From Mizuhopecten yessoensis (lineage: Eukaryota), in contig NW_018408899.1 of the NCBI RefSeq assembly GCF_002113885.1, forward strand, positions 457,988-521,987: a DNA stretch of 64,000 nt, given 5' to 3'. A program made the translations under genes and the position numbers. Under the pieces are notes generated by a model that worked only from the letters and a program-made list of their open reading frames with translations, did no database searches and was not told where the DNA came from. How positions within the stretch are numbered: position 1 is the first letter of the stretch; every line of letters starts with the position of its first letter. Below, one piece after another: positions 52,301 to 64,000 of the stretch.

Positions 52301-53195
52301 CTCGTTTTCCCCTGTATGTCTTCTCCCTTTCCCCCTCCTTTATTTCCTCTTTCTGCCTCTTCGTTTTCCCCTGTATGTCTTCTCCTTTTCCCCTCCTTTA
52401 TTTCCTCTTTCTACCTCCTCGCTTTCCCCTGTATGTCTTCTCCCTTTCCCCCTCCTTTATTTCCTCTTTCTGCCTCTTCGTTTTCCCCTGTATGTCTTTT
52501 CTTTCCCCCTCCTTTATTTCCTCTTTCTGCCTCCTCGTTTTCCCCTGTATGTCTTCTCCCTTTTCCCTCCTTTATTTCCTCTTTCTACCTCCTCTTTTTC
52601 CCCTGTATGTCTTCTCCCTTTCCCCCTCCTTTATTTCCCCTTTCTGCCTCCTCGTTTTCCCCTAGATGTCTTCTCCTTTTACCCCTCCTTTATTTCCTCT
52701 TTCTACCTCCTCGTTTCCCCCTGTATGTCTTCTCCTTTTCCCCTCCTTTATTTCCTCTTTCTCCCTCCTCGTTTTACCCTGTATGGTTTCTTCTTTTTCT
52801 CCTCCTTTATTTCCTCTTTCTGCCTCCTCTTTTTCCCCTGAATGTCTTCTCCCTTTTCCCTCCTTTATTTCCTCTTTCTGCCTCCTCGTTTTCCCCTGTA
52901 TGTCTTCTCCCTTTCCCCCTCCTTTATTTCCTCTTTCTGCCTCCTCGTTTTCCCCTAGATGTCTTCTCCTTTTCCCCCTCCTTTATTTCCTCTTTCTACC
53001 TCCTCGTTTTACCCTGTATGGTTTCTTCTTTTTCTCCTCCTTTATTTCCTCTTTCTGCCTCCTCTTTTTCCCCTGAATGTCTTCTCCTCTTCCTCCTCCT
53101 TTATTTCCTCTTTCTGCCTCCTCGTTTTCCCCTGTATGTCTTCTCCCTTTTCCTCCTCCTTTATTTCCTCTTTCTGCCTCCTCGTTTTCCCCTTT
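49368..53195 (+). repeat. Composite satellite: four AT-rich ~170-bp units (near 49425, 49665, 50980, 51930) alternating with arrays of a 59-60 bp polypyrimidine unit
   Basis: Unit CCTCCTCGTTTTCCCCTGTATGTCTTCTCCCTTTCCCCCTCCTTTATTTCCTCTTTCT(A/G); spacer GTACAGTAATAAAAAACATTAAAACTATG...GAGATACAACTCCTCTC. Confidence 0.95.
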
Positions 53196-54499
53196 ATGTG
53201 TTTGTTCCCACGAGATGTAGCGTTTATGCACTCTAAATCATAACCATAGCTTTGTTTAAGATGGATTATGAATATACATATTGTGTTTTGTCATCCCGCT
53301 GAAATCATATATATATAATAAACAAGTTTGATTATGGAATAAAATTTTCTTTAAACTAAACATATTTACTCAACTACAGCTGTAATAAGATAACTCATGT
53401 CCCTGCTGGTTACACGGTATGTGGGTGGTTGAAGATATTTTTACGTACATATATTAGTTGTCACATGAAAACATCCCTTTTCATCTACTATCTACGGAGT
53501 AACTTTCCAAACGGTGCATCGGCATCTTCATCGTCATTTGAAAACGAGTTTATGGTCAAATGATGTATGTATATAGTTCATTGACAGAAATGATCAATAA
53601 AGTGTCTCTTGATAAATTCTCCTTTAAAAAATAGTATACAGGCTTAACATTATCATAGATGATACAATAGATACAAATATATGTCAACGAATACTATAGA
53701 TTAATACACAATCCTGTACTTGAATATTAGCTGTCTCAAATTTCTGTTTGCATAGTAGATCAAAAGTGCACTTTTATATACAAGTTATATTCGGCGCTCA
53801 TATCATATTCTACTCACTCTGGTTTAGGTAGAGGTGAGGACAAACGGAACGATACATAAAATATTAGTGAACAATCCTTGCTGGTAACTTCCCAGGCTGA
53901 GTACATACAATAAAGCAACGCACATGGTATAAAAACACCACATGTGCAACACAAGCAAAGTGCTGAGGGATTGATTTTCTCCACTTGAGAACAGCAGATA
54001 GCATAGTTGTGAATCGCTATGCAAGCCGTTTTAGTTCTGAAGTCATATTAGCCTTTGATGCCATAAACGTGATTGTTATCACTCAGGTAACAATATGTAA
54101 TGATTTCTTCGAATCTGAAGCAAAATCGAAAGGTTTTGCATCTATTGAATAAATCTTCGGCAATATGTACTTGTTGGCAAAATGCTTCAACGGATTCCTG
54201 GTGAAATTGATCAATAAGCACAGCAAACTCCTTTGTGTGATCGTGATACCCACTTTTCCTAAAACGGGATTCCACTTTAATAGGCTCCACGTCGACATCA
54301 CCTTATGTTTGATTCGAGTCCATGAACTGCTGTCTTTTACTGTATAGGAATAATAGTCGTCTGTTCTCGTCAAGTCCAGGACGCTTAGGTTCTCAAATGG
54401 ACTCTTGTTTGGCCATTGCTCTAAGCACTCGTGCATTAAACCTGGGTTTTTAATTAATTGATCCAACAACATCACTGTACATGGTGCTATAGAACTTGG

Positions 54500-55882
54500 A
54501 TGATGGATCGGGGTGTATACTGGATCGGGGTGTATACTGACATGACAGGGTGTATCAGGTGTATGCTGGCATTACTGGATAGATCGGGGTGTATACTGGA
54601 TCGGGGTGTATACTGACATGACTGGGTGTATCAGGTGTATACTGACATGACTGGATGGATCGGGATGTATGCTGGCATTACTGGGTGGATCAGGGTGTAT
54701 ACTGACATGACTCGGTGGATCAGGGTGTACAATGTCATGACTGGGTGGATCGGGGTTATACTGACATGCCTGGGTGGATCGGGTTGTATACTGACATGCC
54801 TTGGGTGGATCGGGATGTATACTGACATGCCTCAGTGGATCGGGTAGTATACTAACATGACAGGAGTTATCGGGTATCGGGTAGTATACTAACATGGTAG
54901 GGTGGATCGGGGTGTATACTGACATGCCTGGGTGGATCGGGTTGCATACTGACATGCCTGGATGGATCGGGTTGTATACTGACATTCCTGGGTGGGTCGG
55001 AATGTTTACTGACATGACTTGGTGAATTGGGGTGTATACTGACATGCCTGAGTGGATCGGGTAGTATACTAACATGACAGGAGTTATCGGGTATCGGGTA
55101 GTATACTAACATGGTAGGGTGGATCGGGGTGTATACTGACATGCCTGGGTGGATCGGGTTGCATACTGACATGCCTGGATGGATCGGGTTGTATACTGGC
55201 ATTCCTGGGTGGGTCGGAATGTTTACTGACATGACTTGGTGAATTGGGGTGTATACTGACATGCCTGAGTGGATCGGGTAGTATACTAACATGGCAGGAG
55301 TTATCGGGTATCGGGTAGTATACTAACATGGTAGGGTGGATCGGGGTGTATACTGATATGACTGGGTGGATCGGGTTGTATACTGGCATGATTGGTTAGA
55401 TCGGGGTGTAGACTGAGATAACTGGGTGGATTGGTATGCAAACTGACATGCCTGGGTGGATCGGGTAGTATACTAACATGGTAGGGTGGATCGGGGTGTA
55501 TACTGATATGACTGGGTGGATCGGGTTGTATACTGGCATGATTGGTTAGATCGGGGTTTAGACTGAGATAACTGGGTGGATTGGTATGCAAACTGACATG
55601 CCTGGGTGGATCGGGTAGTATACTAACATGGCAGGGTGAATCTGGGTGTATACTGATATGACTGGGTGGATGGGGGTGTATACTGACATGACTGGGTGGA
55701 TCGGAGTGTATACTGATATGACTGGGTGGATCGGGGTGTATACTGTTATGACTGGGTGGATCGGGATGTATACTGACGTGACTGGGTGGATCGGGGTGTA
55801 TACTGACATGACTGGGTTGATCGGGTAGTAAACTGACATGACTGGGTGGATCGGGGTGTATACTGACATAACTGAGTGGATC
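54500..55882 (+). repeat. 30-bp minisatellite with higher-order repeats
   Basis: Consensus ACTGGGTGGATCGGGGTGTATACTGACATG; about 45 copies. Confidence 0.95.
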
Positions 55883-58034
55883 CTTACAGGTGTAGGTATG
55901 ACAAACTGTGTCGTCTTTGGTAAAGGAATCGACGATATAAATTAGACTGTTGGATTAAATAAAGACGTCTTAATCAACAAACTCTATTTCAAAATAGGCA
56001 ATTGTTGTTATCTAGTCCACCATTACCATGTTTTTGTAATGTCATGCGCAAGTCCACAAAACGTTCAGCATTGTGCAAAGTTGTTTATGTGCGTGCATAT
56101 GTGTAGTATATGTTTTTTCTTGTAAGTTTGCTAATTGTTAAAGGTTAATAGACAAAAAGGAACATTTAGAGCAAATCTTCGATAAAATATTGATGCAGTC
56201 GGTAACTCATTGGAAAAAAGTAATTTGTATAAAAATAAACGGTGCCTCTTGCGTAACGGAAGAGTTTCATTGAGTTAATTCTTTTCGCCGAGCGAACGAT
56301 AAGGATAGATGCTGTTAAACAGCGTCGGTGTACCTGGAAATCAGAGTTATATCCTTGCTATTTAATGTTTTACAAGTCTGTCTACAATGTGGTCCTTATT
56401 TCACTAAGGACGTATGTTGGTAATAACATGATAATACATTCAAATTTGAATTTCTTAATTAGTCAGCAACCTCATCGATATTTCACTAAAATGTTTATCT
56501 ATAATTAAAAATGACTAAAGACATACATGTTTTGTTGTATTCGTTTAAAAAAGATACTTTGTAAGATTTTGTATTATTATTTATTTATTTATTTATGATA
56601 TGCTCAATATCCGGAAACACTTTTTTGACATCCTTCAAATCAATAGAGAAGAGCCTGCTCAGTTCCATAGATATATCTGCAGCCAAAACGTCTAGTTTAC
56701 ATAAGAAGGTAAAGTTTAACGTATATGTTCAATGCCAATTTAAAATACTGGACAATGTGTAGGCTCCCTACAAGTGAGGCATATTCACATAAGGTTCAAA
56801 ATAAGTATTGCTCTTAACTTAATTCCCCTTCTCAAACAGTTCCAATGTTTATCACCGAATATAACGTAGGCATGTTAACTTCACTCATATTTAAACAGGA
56901 GAAACGTGCTGTGAATTCAGGATGTTGTTCCAGAAATTTTTACCTGGATAATGTACACCTGTTGATATCTGCATAGATATCCCCTTCATACAATGACCTC
57001 ATCCGAGTTTATTACTTTACACACACACTTCCTGGTAAGTTAGGGATTTTCAACCCGTAATGCTAGGTATATAAGATAGATATATTCTGTATACGCGCTT
57101 AACGTGGATTACATGTACTGTTCAAGGTATTGTGTTACTCGACTGAACAATTAAAGCGACTTTTCTACATTTCACCCCAATATTTAAAATCGAGCAGGAC
57201 TTGTGTTTAAAGGTTTAGAGATTTAGAAAATTGGTGTTGTTGCTTAGGAAAAGAAAATATATTTCAGAGAAATTAGAAATATGTATTGTAGACATGTGTC
57301 TTTACATGAGACGTTTTAAACGTTTTCCCCACACCACTACAGTAAGATGACATAGTATATTACATGTCTAGTCGATGTTACTACAATGTTACATCACAGG
57401 CCATCCAGTGCACAGTTCCGTATCTTATAACGTAATAATACAAGATGTTGTGTTACCCCAAGACGCATGACTTATTGTTGGCCGGCACAAGCTATCAAAT
57501 GATCAAGAACTTGTTTTAATATGTTAAGCTATGGTACCATTATTCAATTCTCAACTCAAACAATTTGAACATTCCTATAGGTTAATGGAGAGAGATCTAT
57601 TGCAGAAAATAGCAAGCGTGTACCACACGCTATACCACATCTTTTCATCTGACGTCTTAGATTGCATTAGATTAATGGATGTATTTATACAACTATACGG
57701 ACAGAACAACTTTGTATTCTGAGACGTCAGCTGAACATGAGGGAAAGTTAAAAATAAGAGATCGTTTACTTTTTCCACATCACTTACAGTTAGAAAGACA
57801 GAACATACGCACTTCTAGCATAAACGTAGTACACGAGTTCTCCAATATACCTCAGGGGACGTAGAAGATGTATTTCCAACATAACGCACAGTATGGTTGA
57901 CATAATGTGCACATTTCTTACAAAATTCAGTCAGATATAGAGGTATCCATGTTGTTCACAATTACATATAGATGACACGTAATATACGTATCTTAAACAC
58001 TCACAGATTGATACGTTTTAAATGTACTTTCGAC

Positions 58035-58597
58035 GAAGTATACTATTTCAAACATCACTCACAGTTACATGGACAGAGTATACTATTTCCTACACAACTC
58101 ACAGTTACATAGACAGAGTATACTATTTCCAACAAAACTCAAAGTTACATGGACAGAGTATACTATTTCCAACATAACTCACAGTTACACAGACCCAGTT
58201 TACTATTTCCAACATAATTCACAGTTACATAGACACAGTATACTATTACCCACATAATTCACAGTTACATAGACACAGTATACTATTACCAACATAATTC
58301 ACAGTTACATAGACACAGTATACTATTTCCAACAAAACTTACTGTTACATAGATAGAGTATACTATTTCCTACATAACTCACAGTTACATAGACACAGTT
58401 TACTATTACCAACATAACTCACAGTTACATAAACGCAGTATACTATTTCCAACATAACTCACAGTAACAAAGACACAGTATAAAATTTTCCCGACAAAAC
58501 TCACAGTTATATAGACACAGTATAGTATTTCCGACATGACTCACAGTTACATAGATACGGTATGCTTTTTTCCGACATAACTCACAGTTACATAGAC

Positions 58598-58600
<3 letters not shown>
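58035..58600 (+). repeat. 40-bp minisatellite, about 14 copies
   Basis: Consensus TACTATTTCCAACATAACTCACAGTTACATAGACACAGTA. Confidence 0.95.
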
Positions 58601-58643
<43 letters not shown>

Positions 58644-61600
58644 CGACAGACAGACATACATTCTTTATTTCCTCCTTTAGGAGATTTAATATGTCAAAAC
58701 AGTTTTACAAAATGTATTTTAATTTATATATAAACATAGTTTTGAGAAGTAAATGTATTAAATAATGACGTATTTGACATTCATATAACTGCATTATATA
58801 ATTCATAATACAAAATGTTCACTACAATATCTATTCCTCGTACAACTTTTACATATAAACGTATACGCTTACATATACATCAATAGGTTAAATATAGAGA
58901 ACTTTCCATCTCACATACTATTTCCAGCCATATTTATCATTAGTGTTTCCCACTCTATATCAGTCAAGTAACATGTGAATGATCACCAAGTAAAAAGCTG
59001 CATTGGTCTTCAATGCTTAATTCTGAAAACTGTACATATGACAATATTTCTATAGCATTTACAACACCATCCATCATTTTATCACGGCTTAAGTATAAAC
59101 CTGGACATTCTAATATAAAATGCAACACACTATCTTTACTTGTTTTCTCACATAACTTACATATAAACACTTCATTCTCACAAGATATTGAGTATTTAAA
59201 TAACTACTAGATCCCATACATGTTTTTGAGAAATTTGTTTAGTGCTTAGTTGCAATATTGGATTTATTCCCGGGTCACTATGGATAGCAGCATATCTCTT
59301 ATGTTCATCACGTGTATTTAGTTTATCTTTCCAACTTATGTAATAGAAATAATATACAAATCTATTAATGAAACGTTTCCGGCATAACATCGGTGGTACG
59401 AATATAGGATAAATGATTCTATATTAAATTTAACCATTATGTTATATATATCAGGCAGAAATCCTATTTGAGTAGTTGAAGAACTACCATACATAAATTG
59501 GCATAGTTTAATAATAAAAATTGTTTTCCATAAAACCTTAGCACCACCTGAACACAATTTGTTCAAAAATGATAGTTTCCTTCTCTCCACTTCGCTCCAC
59601 ATATCAAATGACCCTAAACACTGAGCAGTCACTGCTGAGGAGGAAGTTTTAGGAAGACCAATCAATACAACGTATGCATGCATATCTTTGTGTACGTTCC
59701 AACTCTTCTACAGCTTTCTTAGTATATGAATTCCAAAGCTCACACCCATAAAACATACTTGAATATACAACACTTTTAATAATATTAAAACTTAATACAG
59801 GGTTCAGCCCATTGGGGTGAATACCAATACTTAAAAGTGAATTTAGGTTAGTCCTTCCTTTCACACAAGCATCAAAAAAACTACTGCTTGATTGTAGGTT
59901 ATGGGTAAACGTTATCCCAGCGTACGTTTTCTGTGATGTCATTGAAATTATATCGGAACCAATTTACATTGTATAGGCCCACATTCTTCTGACATCACAC
60001 GTCGACGTGGATATTGAAATATTACTAGAGAGCTCTTTGTGGAGTTATAGTTGAGATGCCAACAAGTAGAGTATGTATAAGCCCTATAGAGGCTGTCTAT
60101 ACTAATGTGTCGTCCGCTAAAAACACGCATGGTACGTGTATATCTTTTATCGTAAGTCCATATTAGAAATAGCGTGCTTCACTTCTGGTAAGGATACCGG
60201 ATGATCACGTATACCATCAGAGTTGTTATAACTTTCTATATGCATGTTACGTGCGGCATTCTCAATATAGATCTTAAAGTAATCATCGAAATGTGGTTGA
60301 CTTAGGGGACATGCTAGTCTACTAAAGTGATCGTACCACGCTTCTCTCAGAATATCTAAATCACGCGTGATTGAATGGGAATGTTCCCCCATTGACCTCT
60401 TCCGTCGTACGGCCTGGTAAAACGTACCAATATCTATCTCTGCTAATGACTCTAATTCCGCAAATTGTTCACGCTCATAGTTTTCGCGAGCTATATTTAG
60501 TTCATTGCGAAAACTTCTCTTAGCAGACTTATAATTCGAATAAGATTCGTACTCGAAACCTCTTGGTCGACCTTCACCAATCCACAACAATCCACAACAA
60601 CCTGATAGTTCTCATCCTAGCATGCAGTGAATTAACTTGACGAGAATTCCAATACGGTTTTAAGTAATGCTTATATTATTTTATAGACAGCGTTAATTTC
60701 GCTGCATTATTAAACAAATTCACTATATTTTCGATGTCATTTGAATGTAAAGATGTATTTTCAATCATCGCGTCAAGTGATTGTTTATATTTATTGATGT
60801 GCATCTCGGTCACCTTCTTCCAGTTTACAGAGTAGTCAGGAGTTATAGTATGACGCTTAGAAAGTAGTACGCGTAATGTAAGTTGTATAGGTCGATGATC
60901 AGACACGTTAAGAAACTGGTCATCGCATATACGACAAGATTCGACAAGATCAATTTTAGATATCGACACCAGAACATGGTCAATCATAGACACCCTACCA
61001 CCGTCACCAGAAAGGGAAGTGTAATTTGGCCCATCAGACCAGTTTTGGGAATTAGCAGATATCAGAAATCGATCTCGCATAGACTGCTGCAGAATTCGCC
61101 CTCTCTCGTTAGCTTCAGCACTGTTTTTACTACCAAATTCTTTTGATAAATGAGCGTTAAAGTCTCCCATTACTATTACTGATCCATTTTCAACATATTT
61201 ATCACACATATCACATAGACATTGCCTGGTATCTTTATAATCATATAGAGGTAAATTAGTGGACGGCATCAGTACACCAATAATATAATACGACATATTT
61301 TCAATATCAACATATATACCAATTACCCTATCGTTGCCATTTTGTAGTAGAGGCGTCACCTTAAGATGTTTACGCCACAGCATAGCAACTCCTCCAAAAC
61401 CATGACCTTTCCTATTTTCAGGTTCTATTGCTATCCTGTCGTCACATCTTCCGATATATTTGAAATCGTTGTCAAACTATCAAGGAAGCCCAATTGCTCC
61501 GGCATTAACCAGTGTTCTGCTGAAAAAACGATATCAGAATTAAAAAGTGTTTCACATAAATAAGATGTACCAAACATAACACCGCGTATATTCTAGCTCT

Positions 61601-62630
61601 GTAATCTCATGGCAGCTAGAATGATAAGAACAAGCACAGCAATAAGGTATGATATACACTTAATCATTGAGCCAGTCACCTTGGTACCTATCGTAGTTGT
61701 TGCCGCTTTCACTTGCGAATCCTACATTCCAGTAGTTGTCATCCTGTATACCCGTCCATTCGCGATCGTTTTGTTGGTTTGCTGTTACAAATGAGCGTTG
61801 TCCGTCCTTGTCGAATTGGTCCAACCACTCGCGGACTAGCACACCTGGCGGCCAGAATTCATTTTGTATGGTTACATCATAGTCGTTCTCTATAACATTA
61901 ATCCTCGCCGTATATGTAGGCTCTTTGTAGTTGTTCCAGCATTTCAAAATGCGTACATATGTGACTGTAATGCCATTGTCGGCCGCATATCCAATAACGG
62001 ATTCTACGACCTCTTTGTATGAACCGTTAGCCTTAATTCTTGACATTAGTATATATTTTGTGCGTTTCTTGCGTTGAACACCTTGAAACACGTATTTCGA
62101 TTGTTCGTCTGGTTCCTTGTGCGTGTTAATCTTACTGTCCCGCGGACACGTCTGAGGGACCGGTCTATTACGATGGGACGTGATACCATCTTTTTTCACC
62201 CGGTCAGAATAGCTGTCCGTGGTGCCGATGTCTTAGAGTGTACTGTTATTAATAACATCAGATAAACTGTCGATGATTAAAGTGTTATTGTTCTCTGTTG
62301 TTATACCATCTAGTTCAATGTTGTTTACCTTTATTTTTCCATTCGATTGGGTTTTTTTCAAGGTCATTGTTCTCTGCTACCTTTACATTTAGTTGCTTAG
62401 TAATTGAGTCATTGTTGTCAGTTACATTTTGCTTTGTCTGTGTCTTAGTAATGTCCGTTATGTCCGATTTCAACAAACTGGTTTCTTTTCTCAACTTTTT
62501 CGATTCATGTTCTTTTACCTTTCCATTTTGTTGCCTTATAATGATGTCATTCCTGTTCGTTACTTCTGTTCTTAGGATGCTAATTTCCTTGTTTAACTCT
62601 ATTATTTCTTCCGTGTGTTTGTATGTTTTC
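58597..62630 (-). mobile_element. Decayed CR1/L2-group LINE: ORF1 relic, APE endonuclease, largely deleted RT, (TCTG)n tail
   Basis: APE motifs SEHWL (near 61510), VMGDFNAH, MIDHVLVS and SDHRPI (60676-61383); ORF2 linker (60147-60590); LADD relic near 60115; SSMFYGCELW; CKLC..HFILECP; AATAAA at 58664-58669 followed by a tetranucleotide tail; coiled-coil and ..EFWPPGVLVREW ORF1-like peptides at 61660-62630. Confidence 0.85.
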
Positions 62631-64000
62631 CTACGTTAAAATGCCTGCTTTACAGTGTCTTTGTGACACTATCTAACCGAGTCATGGGAGGCAACTCGTA
62701 TATTTATTTACTGGCTGCGGTCATTTTTACAATTTCAGCCTCTGTCTTGAACAAACAGTATAACCCTGTTTAAACCGGAACCGGCCTCCTTCTGAATCCG
62801 TAGAAAAAGTGACACCGACGCGTTTATTTAAGGCCTTAGAATGCAATTCTGATATAAAATGATCTACAACATGTTTCGTTGTCTGTGTTGAATGCGTTGT
62901 TAAAATAGATCGACCTCTCTTAATATTAAGCATATTGTATCTAACTCGACTCTAAACTGGGCTTTTCGTAGTTGTCGAAAACCTGACATCGACACGAATG
63001 AATTATTCCCGGACAGGCATCTCTCAGTTATTTTTATATTAATCATCTAGGTTAAGATTTTTTTTTTTTTTTTTAACTTATTCTAACCTCTAAAACCCCC
63101 TTATTAGAAAAACTGACATCAACGCGTTTCATCGCTTTCCTGAAAACAGTTCTTTCATGTACATGTTGCGTGTATTGGTATAATCGTAATGTCATGGGGT
63201 TCTTTTACATGCTGCATTAAAGTTGTGGTGTTTGCCTCTATTTATATATCCTAGTTTGTTTTATTACTCCATTCAAAATATTTGATAGCGGCATGTTTCA
63301 CCACGCAAGATAATGTATAATGATTAATTTTACTGGCTGCGTTCAAAATTTTGGTTCAGAATGACAGTTTCTTTCAATTTTGAACGATTTTCCAAAGTTT
63401 CGTAGTTTCTGTGTTTCTTTCACCCGCCGTTCTTCTGAACCCCTCAAAAATGTTACGACACATTTCATCATGGTTTGGAGCAAAAGTTAAAAGGAACGTG
63501 TGACAGAATTTAGATTATTAATTATAACCAACACGTTCGAACACCAGCTCTATAGCATGCGTAACCAACGCCAATCTTTATTTATTGATATGTTTAGTTT
63601 GAAACAATTATGAAATGTAAGCAGGAAACCATGTGAGTAATTTCAAATAGCTCTACTCTGAAACATGGACGGTATACATCATTACATAACATACATTATT
63701 AAAAACTAACAATAAAAACAGATAAACACAATCCAGTTCAACAAAAAATCTACAGGCAATTCATATTATGAAAATGTGCAGTATTTCACAAATTGTTACA
63801 CATAAAAAGTTCGTTTTACTTAATGTTTTACGAACTATGTGTAAAATTACTAAAACAAGATAACAACAATATGTTTTTGCAAAAATCAATTTTATACAAT
63901 ATGACATAACTGTGAAATGTTCGGTGTAAATCAGATTGTATAATATACAATATGTACACCAATTACAATAATCTGTAAATAAAACTGATATAATTATAAT
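62626..64000 (+). repeat. Segmental duplication copy B (no LINE insertion), running off the window
   Basis: Colinear with 36179-37130 joined directly to 39455-39780. Confidence 0.9.

Noticed and set aside
49804-53243. Long F/P/L/S-rich ORFs (up to 345 aa) and G/K/R/E-rich antisense ORFs
   Set aside because: By-products of a stop-poor pyrimidine satellite, open in several frames at once
54572-55869. Repetitive PIHPVMSVYT-type ORFs
   Set aside because: Translations of the 30-bp minisatellite in multiple frames; no splice or start context
58035-58600. CRISPR-like regular repeats (also 54.5-55.9 kb)
   Set aside because: Contiguous tandem units without unique spacers, no cas genes, eukaryotic context
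62298-62639. Hydrophobic 113-aa plus-strand ORF
   Set aside because: Antisense of the Lys/Glu-rich coiled-coil LINE ORF1 relic

Overview
AT-rich eukaryotic genomic DNA with spliceosomal GT-AG introns, LINEs and satellites; probably a lophotrochozoan invertebrate such as a bivalve (inference only). (1) 4.4-33.7 kb holds a head-to-tail array of six paralogous two-coding-exon genes on the + strand: five intact and one frameshifted pseudogene. They encode ~196-225 aa proteins with a conserved N-terminal DxNNSCRxxYxxRxxSxEE motif, a LURAP1/FAM89/FAM167-type coiled coil split by a conserved phase-0 intron, and an acidic tail of SxxS repeats. Four intact copies and the pseudogene also appear to have an intron in the 3' UTR, 140-190 nt after the stop codon, which is an NMD-triggering layout. 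The promoters carry TATA plus kB, ACGTG, AP-1, CRE or CCAAT motifs. Together this looks like an expanded family of inducible, short-lived adaptors. (2) 40-47 kb (- strand) holds a multi-exon, nonsense-disrupted receptor gene: Thr-rich stalk, TM, ZU5, HLS motif, UPA-like region, death-like domain and a Tyr/ITIM-like tail (UNC5/UNC5CL-like). Its 3' flank recurs at 62.6-64 kb, implying a ~26.5 kb tandem duplication. (3) Mobile and repetitive DNA: a TTAA-flanked TIR element, an L1/Tx1-like LINE fragment with a TSD and a paralogous empty site, a decayed CR1/L2-like LINE, a SINE fragment, a perfect 40-bp-arm hairpin and several minisatellites. Family assignments come from motif recognition by eye, with no database search.
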